A stretch of DNA of 64,000 nt from Marsupella aquatica (lineage: Eukaryota; Plantae; Marchantiophyta): the NCBI GenBank assembly GCA_973895155.1, contig OZ316893.1, positions 12,912,359-12,976,358 of the forward strand, given 5' to 3'. Both the position numbers and the translations under genes were made by a program. Below are positions 52,099 through 64,000 of the stretch, piece by piece. Each line of letters begins with the position of its first letter. The stretch's first letter is position 1. The notes below the pieces were generated by a model. That model was not told the origin of the DNA. It searched no databases and saw only the letters and a program-made list of their open reading frames with translations.

Positions 52099-53412
52099 AG
52101 TTATATTTAGAGAGTTAGAGCCACATTAGTTTAGACTTAGAAATAACTATATATATTAGTATATGAGTGAGTAGACTCCAGTATTTTGTTGATGTATCCA
52201 TTGGAGACTCTACTCCATTTTTTACTAGGATAGTTCACTTTTATTTACATATTTCTTTAGACTTGGGTTTTGAAGAGGCATGTCTTTTCATAATCTCCAC
52301 TTTTAGTACAAAAGGAGGAGAACCCAAAGTCAACCGAGAGAGAGAGAAAATATACATTTGATTTCCTCATTATCTTAGAAGGAATCTATGTCTTTTCTTC
52401 CCTTTCTTTTTACCATGGTTGAGTAAAAGGAAGAAGTTTTAGCAACCCTTGAGTTGTTGTGAAGTGTTCAATGAATGCTAGAGTGTGCCTTAATGATATT
52501 GGAAGATCAATGTGGTTTGTGACCAATACATTTGGAAGATTCACCAAAGAGGAAATTGACATTTACACAAAACTCAAACAAGCAATCTTAAGGATTGTAA
52601 GAGAAGTAAACCAATTTGAGTATCCTAGTACCGTCTTAAGCAAGACCAGAAAAGTGTCCCGGGTTGATTTACATTGTTGTCTTCTAAATTCAAGAGATGA
52701 AGAAGAGTTGCTACAAGAAATCAAAAAGCATAGAAAATGTTGATTTCTGAATCTTAAATTAGGCCATAATCCTTATTGAAGGAGTGGTGATGGTCAGAAA
52801 TTCAATTCCCTTGCACTTTGAAAACTCTTATCTACTCTCCCTCTAGTTTCAATCTTTGTTAATTCTAGTCTTTATTATTGCACTGTGAATCCTAAGGATT
52901 ACCCATTTGAGTTTGTGGTTAAACACTTATGTTAAGGAGATCATTAGAAATCTCTCCAACCTAAGAATGTTGGTGTAAACTTCTCAAATTGTGTTAATTA
53001 GGTCTTTTCGATCTTATCCACTCTTAACGGGAACGAAATCGAGTTGTTAAGGAGTAAATAGTCATTTATCTCTTTATCACCTTGCTACACTGACGATGGG
53101 TGGTACTTGGAATTTTTCTTATTTCCTGAGGTGGTCAAAACGGGGGAGAATTTTTTGAGTTTTACCCACCCCGACCGAAACGTGAAAAAGTTTTTCGTCG
53201 GAACTCGGTTTCAATTTTGGATTTCAGCATTGGCTTGCTAGGCTGGTGGGCTACGTGGTAGTGACAAGTTTCAAGTTTTTTGGAAAGTTGTGAAAAACGA
53301 TATTTTTTCATGATTTTGATTTGAGTCAACGGGACGGAAGGAAGGAAAAAGCGACAAAAGGATATAGGGAGCAACAAAGAAATAGCATGTGGAGAACATC
53401 GGGAAGACAACG

Positions 53413-54315
53413 ATGGCATCCAAGTTTGGAGGTGTCAATTTTGAGGTGGAAAAGTATGATGGGCGCACGGATTATTTGCTATGGGAGAAGCAGGTTAAGG
53501 GAATTCTCCGTGCTATGGGTCTAGATCATCTACTATCGACTCGGGATGAGTCTAATAGTGAGGAGGAGATCCCGTTGAGAAAATGGAGGCAAGAGCAAGT
53601 GATCGCTGTGAATGCGGTTATGCTGTATCTGAAGCCGCATATCATTACGAAGCTGGACGACTACGAGGATTGCGTGTCCTTATTCAAGGCCCTCATAGAG
53701 AAGTACTACCGAGAGGATGCCTCAGATCGGTTGTACAAAAAGTTTCTCTTGATGAGCTTGAGGCTAAAAGAAGGAGGCAAGCTTCGAGATCACTTGGATG
53801 AATTCGACAGCCTAGTTGTAGATTTGTCGAATCTTGGCAAGGGAGTGGAAGATGAAGATAAGGCATTGCTTCTTCTCAATTCCTTACCCCCATCGTATCA
53901 AGGTTTGAAGCAGGTTCTCTTGTATAGAGACCTCAAAACCATTTCATATGATGAGGTGATAAGCTCTTTGCTGTCAGATGATGCACAGAAGAAACTGGGT
54001 CATGCCCAGACACCATCTTCATCTGGCAGTGCATTGAATATGAACCACGAGAGGACTCAACAATGGATGACTGGCGAAAACAGGTCATTTTCACAAACAT
54101 ACCCCTCACGGAATAGAGGCAAGGAGAAGGCTTGGTCTAAGTCTAGATCCAGGTCTAGAGAGAAATCTCTAGAAAGGAAACCAATTATATGCTGGAAATG
54201 TAACAAGCCTGGCCACATAAAACGAGACTGTCGAGTCAAGCAGACTCATCAACCATCAGCGAACGCAGCCACTGATGTTGATATGATTGACTTGCTTGAT
54301 GATGAAATCTTGTGA
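53413..54315 (+). CDS. gag: Copia Gag (UBN2-type capsid region plus CCHC zinc knuckle)
   Basis: FEVEKYDGRTDYLLW, EDEDKALLLLNSLPPSY, CWKCNKPGHIKRDC; ends at TGA 54313-54315. Confidence 0.93.
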   Translation: MASKFGGVNFEVEKYDGRTDYLLWEKQVKGILRAMGLDHLLSTRDESNSEEEIPLRKWRQEQVIAVNAVMLYLKPHIITKLDDYEDCVSLFKALIEKYYREDASDRLYKKFLLMSLRLKEGGKLRDHLDEFDSLVVDLSNLGKGVEDEDKALLLLNSLPPSYQGLKQVLLYRDLKTISYDEVISSLLSDDAQKKLGHAQTPSSSGSALNMNHERTQQWMTGENRSFSQTYPSRNRGKEKAWSKSRSRSREKSLERKPIICWKCNKPGHIKRDCRVKQTHQPSANAATDVDMIDLLDDEIL

Positions 54316-57300
54316 AGTCCAGATGTTGCCCTTTGCATTTCATCCAGTAACAACGGTGATGAATGGATTTTAGATTGTGCCTGTACCTATCATATTTGTT
54401 GTATGAAAGAGTTTTTTACTTCTTACTTAGTATCAACCGGTTCCGTGTTGATGGGGAATGATCATCCTTGTCAAATTATTGGAATTGGATCCGTGAAAAT
54501 TTGGATGTTTGATGGAGCTATGCGAACAGTGAGTAATGTCAGACACATACCTGACATGAAAAAGAACTTGATTTCTCTTAGAATGCTGGAATCAAATGGA
54601 TGTTGGTGGAGTTCTGTTGATGGTATTCTTCAAGTGTCAACCAGAGGCAAGGTTGTCATGAAGGGTAAGCGGCACAGGAATCTATATTTGTTGGAGGGCA
54701 ACGTGATTTGTGAAGAAGCCAATGTAACTAGATCTCAAGGCGAGATGACTCAGTTATGGCACTACAGATTGGGACACATGAGTGAAAAGGGTTTGGCGAT
54801 ACTTCGCAGGAAAGCACTTCTTTCTAATTTGGAATCTACTAAGCTAGATTTTTATGAACACTATGTACTTAGGAAGCAGCACAGGAGAACCTTTGGTGTT
54901 GGAACTCACAATACCAAAGCTATACTTGAGTATGTACATAGTGATGTGTGGGGTCCAGCCCCAACTCCCTCACTTTCTGGAAAATTGTACTATGTCACGT
55001 TCATTGATGATTACTCACAGTATGTGTGGATCACATTTCTACACGCCAAGTCTGAAGTTTTTGGCACTTTTAAGAAGTGGAAAGCCCAAATTGAGAATCA
55101 GACTGGATCCAAGGTGAGATATCTGCGATCAGATAACGGTGGGGAGTACAATTCAAGTGAATTTGAACTATATTGTGCAGAGCAAGGGATTACTCGTCAT
55201 CTCACGACAGTTTGTACTCCTCAACAGAATGGTGTTTGTGAGCGGCTAAACCGAACACTATTGGAGCGATCGAGGAGTATGTTGAGCCAATCAGGTTTAT
55301 CGCATGAATTTTGGGCTGAAGCTATAAATACGACAACTTATTTGGTAAATCTTTCTCCTTCAAGTGCAATCAATTTCAAGATGCCGTTTGAAATGAGGTA
55401 TGGACGGCACGCAGACTATCAGGTTTTGAGAGTCTTTGGAAGTGATGCATATGCTCTCACACCTAAGCAGAATCTATCTAAACTAGATTCTATTTCCAAG
55501 AAGTGTTTTTTTCTTGGTTATCAACCAGGTGTGAAAGGTTACAGACTATGGGATCCAGAAGCTTGTACATTGCTTGTCAGTAGAGATGTATCCTTTAATG
55601 AATTCAGATCATCAAAGGAGGGGGAGAATGCTCAGGCTTCCCGTATTGACAAAGGTAAATCTCCTATCCTTGACCATGTTGTGGGGGAGATTGGTCATGA
55701 GAGTTTTCATGACATAAATGAAGGAGGTGCTCCGAGAATGGAGTTGGTTCCGGTATTGGAACAAGAGGAGCAGGTTGTTGTTGGAATACCTCAAATTCAA
55801 CCAACATAACAAGATCAACCAGAATCATCAGTTAGAAAATCGAGACGTACTACTCGAGCTCCTACAAGGTATGGACAATGGACAGATTCATCAAGGTTAG
55901 ATGATGGGCTTCATTCACAATTGGATGTACCTCGCAGGAACCACTTTCAGGACTCAAAAACATGCTTTCTTAGTGAAAAATGACTTTTGTAACATGGAAA
56001 AAGGTTCATCATGATTTTATCTAAAGACATTTAAGTCTAATTTTTTCACAAGACTATTTTACATGGTGTAACCTACCTCACCATGTGGATACATCAAGTT
56101 TTCAACTATTTTAAGGGATCCTGTTATTGATGGCCCTAAATAAGCCAAAATTACTGATTATTTTTGTCCTGTACATAAAGGTTTAGTGTGTGTCACTATT
56201 TAAGTTTTGAAATATAAGATTATGCTATTAGTATGCATGCTTTGGTAAAATTTCATTGTCTAAAATGCATTTTTCAAAGTCCTTTTGAGTCCTGAAATGA
56301 TGTGACCCGTTGCGTGACAAGTCCTTTTATCAATCTTTGAAGGACATATAAGGAAAGCTTCAAAGTTTCAAATGCTAGATAGTTTAATGAATGTTACCAA
56401 CCTATAGGATGTTTATTAAGTATAGTACATCAAATTTTCTATATCATCTCATTACACCCTAAAAATGATATCCTAAAGCATAATAAACTATGGTCACTTT
56501 TGAGTGTGACATTCCTTTTGGGTCCTCCAATTGTGAATGAGGCCGATGTTGACATTGCACCTGAAGATGATGACAGAGCACTGATCTTGGAAGAAGGAGA
56601 ACCTTCTTCTTATCATGAGGCGTGCATTTCAGACGAGAAAGATGAATGGAATGCAGCGATGCAGAGGGAGTTGCAATCTTTAAATGACAACAGAACATGG
56701 GAGTTGGTGCAACTGCCAAGTGATCAACAAGTGGTGGATAGCAAGTGGATTTACAAGTTGAAGGACAATTCTTCAGATGGAGGAGACAAGATATACAAGG
56801 CAAGGCTTGTTGCCAAGGGATTCACTCAAGAGAAGGGAGTGGATTACAATGAGGTCTTCTCTCCAGTTGCCAAATATTCCACGATACGAATTTTGTGTCA
56901 ACTTGTTGTGTTTTTTGATCTGGTGTTAGATCAAATGGATGTTGTTACTGCTTTTCTCTATGGCACCTTGAAAGAACAATTTTCATGAGGCAACCACTGG
57001 GCTTTGTGAAGAAGGGCCAAGAGAGTTTAGTTTGCAGGTTGCTTAAGTCCTTGTATGGATTGAAGCAAGCTCCTCGACAGTGGAACAAGCGGTTTGATGA
57101 TTTCATGCTTGCAAAAGGATTCACTAGGATGGTGTATGACCCTTGTGTGTATACGAAATCAGTCAAGAATGGTGTGTTTGGTTTGCTCATTCTGGTGCTC
57201 TATGTGGATGACATGTTGATTGCGGCTAAGGATCAAACTGAGATTGACAAACTCAAAGCAAAATTGAGTTCTGAATTCCGAATGAAGGATCTTGGGAAAG

Positions 57301-58184
57301 CCAAAAGGATCTTAGGTATGGAGATTACGAGGAACTTTGAAACTGGACAATTGTGGCTGAATCAAGGCAAGTATGCTGAAAAGGTACTTGCAAGATTTAA
57401 CATGGAAAATTGTAAGCCAAGAAGTATTCATTTGGCTCCACATTTCAAGTTATCATCGGCTTTCTGCCCCACGGATCCAGTGGAGAAAGGCTTGATGACT
57501 AAGGTTCCTTATGAGAAGGCAGTGGGCAATCTAATGTATTTGATGACATGTACTAGGCCTGATCTAGCCCTAGCAATGGGCAAAGTGAGTAGATTCATGT
57601 CAAATCCAGGGAAGGTACATTGGGAGGCTGTGAAATGGATTCTCAGGTATCTTAAAGGCACAATAGACTATGGTCTGTTGTTTGATAGTAAATCAAACAA
57701 AACCAAATCTTTGGTTGGCTATGTAGATTCTGACTATGGAGGCTGTCTGGAAACAAGGAGGTCAACGACTGGGTATATGTTTACTCTTGGAGGAGGATGC
57801 ATAAGTTGGAGATCTACCTTGCAGAAGTGTGTATCTCAGTCTACTACAGAAGCAGAATATGTTGCAGCAGCAGAAGCAGCAAAGGAAGCAATTTGGTTGG
57901 ATAAGCTGGTCACTGAGATGGGATTGGAGCATGGAAAAATGGCTCTTCATTGTGACAGCCAGAGTACGCTTCACCTAGCTATTAACCAGGTGATGGATAG
58001 CAGGGTGAAGCACATTGACATCAGATACCATTTTATTAGGCAAGCAGTGTCTGATAAAATGTTTGAGCTAGTCAAGATTGATGGAAAACTCAACCCGGCT
58101 GATGCTTTTACCAAAGTGATTCCTTTGGAGAATTACTCAAGACACCGTGCTACTTTGCAGGTTTTGCATTTGCAGCACAAGTAG
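54316..58184 (+). pseudogene. pol: Copia pol (protease, integrase, RT, RNase H), disrupted
   Basis: WILDCACTYH; LWHYRLGH; VHSDVWGP, LRSDNGGEY, TPQQNGVCER; KARLVAKGFTQ, LYVDDML; GYVDSDY, STTEAEY, KHIDIRYHF. Lesions: TAA at 55807, TIR insertion 55907-56544, 1-bp frameshift near 56985. Confidence 0.93.
55907..56544. mobile_element. Non-autonomous TIR element (MITE-like), 638 bp, nested in pol
   Basis: TIRs ggc(t/c)tcattcacaattgga (18/19 match), flanked by GATG on both sides; removal restores RLDDVDIAPEDDDRALILEEGEP in frame; AT-rich non-coding interior. Confidence 0.9.
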
Positions 58185-58390
58185 AGTAACTTAACAAGAT
58201 GTGATTTAACTGTATATGAGTTACTCAATCCTGTTATGGCTACGGCTTAATTCTAGTTAACTCTTAGTTAACCTTAAATGGTTTTTAGGGGGACACCTAT
58301 GGTTTTAGGTGATTGTCTAGAATTTCCTGCTGAGTATCTCATATGGATAGCAGAAATTGCAGTCCCCAAGACTAGAGTCAAGGGGGAGTT

Positions 58391-58722
58391 TGTTAAGGAT
58401 TGCTCTTAGTCTTGTGACTCAAAGGTTACGGCACTTAGGCTAACCACAGTTAGGATCTTAGCTGAGGTTAGGTTAGCCGTGTGTGACCTTGTATATACCA
58501 GGGCTAGTGTAAGCCGCTGGTCAGTGGTGCTTACTCATTGTAACGGAGCAACTTGAGGAAGAGGGAGAGCATGTGTGTTCGTTTACTCTTGAAGTCAAGC
58601 TTGAGTGTTCGTGTGGACGTAGCCTTGGAGAAGAGGTGAACCACGTAGAGATTGTGTCGACTACGTGTGCATGGAATAAGTCATGGTTGTATGGTCGTTG
58701 CGAATGACATCTTAGTTCAACA
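58391..58722 (+). repeat. 3' LTR
   Basis: Near-identical copy of the 5' LTR, preceded by the PPT and followed by TSD TGTCG. Confidence 0.97.
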
Positions 58723-60000
58723 TGTCGTGTTAGTGTAGCGTCTGATTGAGTGTCTCTCTCATGTTCTGCATTGCCGTTTAGTCTGGAGCTGACGATTTCT
58801 TACATAAGCGCCCTGCAAAAATAACCAGGAAAAGAAGACCTAAAACCCTACCTATTGGCAACCTGAAGAGCTTGGTAGAGCTCCGGGTGAACTACATAGG
58901 AGAATCTGGCTTGATGCCCTAGAACCAACAACCTCAATTCTACAAAGAATGATGAATGTATTTTTCAAACAGCATGTGTCTATCGCAATCAAAAATCACC
59001 TACTAAATTTGGTCTGGACTATCCAAAACAACCCCTTCAAAAACAGGAACCACACTTTGCACTTCCTTGGGCAATGAGGACCATGTGTGGGAAAGTTGGG
59101 CCTGAAATAGGATAGCTCCTCAAATTGGCTATCCCTAGCTTCAACAGCCCAGTCATTAACTTTTCTTCTCTGAGACTTCTAATTTCCAGATAAACTATGA
59201 CCTCCAGTAGCATTGAGCTCTTGCTTGAAAGTGTGATTTGTGCAACAATCCAATCCAAAAAGGATCCAGTCAAGCTGAAGCAATCCTCCTCAATCCACAA
59301 TAGCTATTTTCCATTCCCATTTCCATTCCAGGCTATACTTCAGGATCCAGCAGCATCGAGCTGCTGCTAGAAAGCTTGAATTCAAGGTTGCCATCATCAA
59401 GGATATGCAAAGACAAATCCGATGCATCAAAACCATCCACAAATGATCCAGTAAGTCTGGCTACAATACAACCATTGTTCTTCAGGAGCTGACAGCATTG
59501 AAATTTGCGGGTTTCAGGCAAACTTCAAGCTTCAGCAGCTACAGGAAGCCTAAATAGAAGCTGTCATCATCAAGGGAATCCAAAGACAAACCCAATGCAC
59601 CAAAACCAATCCAAAAACAGACTATAAACGCTTCCCGATATGCTGCCTCGATCCAAAGCCAGCCATGGCTTCCTTGCTCCGTCTGAACTAGACAATACAA
59701 TCCCAGAACAGAAGTCCTCTTAGTGCTCACCAAGCAAGAACTTGACAAAACCGAAGGCCTTCTCCCAGACCTTTTCCCACCAATTTACTTCACAATGGTC
59801 ACAACAAAATTTGCAAAAATTCCTGCTAAAAAACTGGTTTTATATCTCTTGTACGTGAATATTCTCCCTCGTCAACCAGAGCTCCATTGATGCCCAAATT
59901 TTACCAGGAGTTGAGTCTACTTCCCCTCTAACTCCACATTTCAGTCAATTTGATGACTAAATGTGGCACTAGAATAAGTTTTCAAGTTTCTGCTAAACTT
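58723..60000. mobile_element. Probable older repeat/LTR remnant into which the copia inserted (may continue at ~47330-47765)
   Basis: Non-genic, with internally duplicated motifs (caaagacaaa(t/c)cc(g/a)atgca(t/c)caaaacca twice; ccag(t/c)agcat(t/c)gagct..tgct(t/a)gaaag twice). Confidence 0.3.
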
Positions 60001-60466
60001 AAACCATGAATTTTTCAAAGATGATGAAAGCAACAACTTATAGAATGTTAAAAATTCTGACAATGCAATGGCATTAGTATTATTTAGTATAAAACAAAAC
60101 TAATGCATGTGGCATTACTATCGGAATGGTCATCTGTACAAGACAAACATAGGTGGACAACAAAATATTGCATGTTGCAAGATGGGATTTCATTGTCAGC
60201 ATGGCATTTTGACTCTCACGTGGGCGTTACCCACGATGCGCACCTTCTTATTAGGGCATCCCAAAGCTTCATAGTAGCATGGATGACTTGATGGATGATG
60301 GCTTTTGGCCATAACCAAATGGCCATAGCTTTTTCACAAGGTTTTGTAAGTTTTTTTTACTTTTTTTCACTAGCCTAGTGACTTATGGTCATGGCATATG
60401 ATCAATCTTTATGGCAAAAAGTTATGGATCATAACTCAATACCAATGCCTGGCACAAAAGATGTCA

Positions 60467-60806
60467 ATGCATAAAATAATATCTTTTGCACAAGAAATGT
60501 TATTGTATAATGCATAAAATAATATCATTTGCACAAGAAATGTTATTGTATAAACCATTTGAATGTTGGACCTCTTTGGTCTTATAGGGGCCTCTTCCCC
60601 TTCTTTTTCCCTCCCTTTATTGGGTTGATCTGCCTTTTGGGACCTGTCATCCAGTATGCATTTTGCTTCTTTTGCACTCTAATATAAATTTTTAGATGAT
60701 CCCATGCCCAAGAAAGTGAGAGAATGTCTCCCAGTATGCATTTTGCTTCTTCTGCACTCTAATATAATATTTTTAGATGATCCCATGCCCAAGAAAGTGA
60801 GAGAAT
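60467..60806. repeat. Two local tandem duplications (~43 bp x2 and ~80 bp x2)
   Basis: atgcataaaataatatc.tttgcacaagaaatgttattgtata twice; tccagtatgcattttgcttctt.tgcactctaatataa.ttttagatgatcccatgcccaagaaagtgagagaat twice. Confidence 0.9.
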
Positions 60807-61186
60807 AAATCTAAAAGGCTCACGTGGATCCCTTTGCAATCTCCAAAAAGTGGTTTGTAAACTGACTTTTAGTTTCCAATTTTAGATATTATAGGGCTTG
60901 ATTGATGACTTTGGTAGTCCATAGCACACCTTTTTTCTTTTTCTGCCCCTAATCTTAACTCCTAAGTTAATGTCCATTCCACAAAAGAGTCTGAATTTGA
61001 GACTCTTGACTGTTACGCCTCGGTTTCTCTCCACCATCGACCATCTGAAGAAAAACTGAGAATCTGTACAAGCTCGACCGATTTCGTCTCCTCTCCCCTC
61101 CCCTGCGATTTCTCCCTGCGGACCGACTGACAAGAATTCGATTCGGGAGAGCTCTCTTTTCGCTCGCGAACAGCAGCTTCTTCAAC

Positions 61187-64000
<2,814 letters not shown>

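Larger units (their letters stand above)
47766..58722 (+). mobile_element. Full-length Ty1/copia LTR retrotransposon, recent, coding-defective
   Basis: LTRs 47766-48097 and 58391-58722 (TG..CA, 332 bp, 2 mismatches); TSD TGTCG on both sides; PBS tggtatcagagc; PPT agtcaagggggag; gag-PR-IN-RT-RNaseH order. Confidence 0.97.

Noticed and set aside
48856-53165. Helitron or intact nested LTR element explaining the extra block
   Set aside because: No TC...CTRR ends near the hairpin, no paired LTRs and no TSD found.
55919-56532. Alternative boundaries for the pol insertion with an AATT TSD
   Set aside because: Excision at AATT leaves a stop and frameshift in pol, and the flanks are themselves inverted repeats; the GATG model restores the frame.

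Overview
This is eukaryotic plant genomic DNA with multi-exon, mostly GT-AG genes. Gene content, including a flagellar-type coiled-coil gene, suggests a seed-free plant, probably a liverwort (inference). Host genes in order: a signal-peptide/TM thioredoxin-fold protein ending in an AT-hook-like motif (+); RCI2/PMP3 (-); NFXL2-type NF-X1 zinc finger (+); a decayed LRR-RLK pseudogene (-); AGD8/9/10-type ARF-GAP (-); BORCS6-like with a U12 intron (+); a CCDC151/ODAD3-like coiled-coil gene (+); a divergent RPB8 with an intronless CDS (-); and proteasome alpha-5 (+, runs off the end). A young ~11 kb Ty1/copia element (47766-58722; 332-bp LTRs with 2 mismatches, TSD TGTCG) carries an unexpected ~4.3 kb block with a large extra ORF between PBS and gag, and a TIR element with a 4-bp TSD inside pol. 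Intergenic DNA holds minisatellites, fold-back repeats and LINE-like remnants. All family assignments are by eye from motifs; no searches were run.
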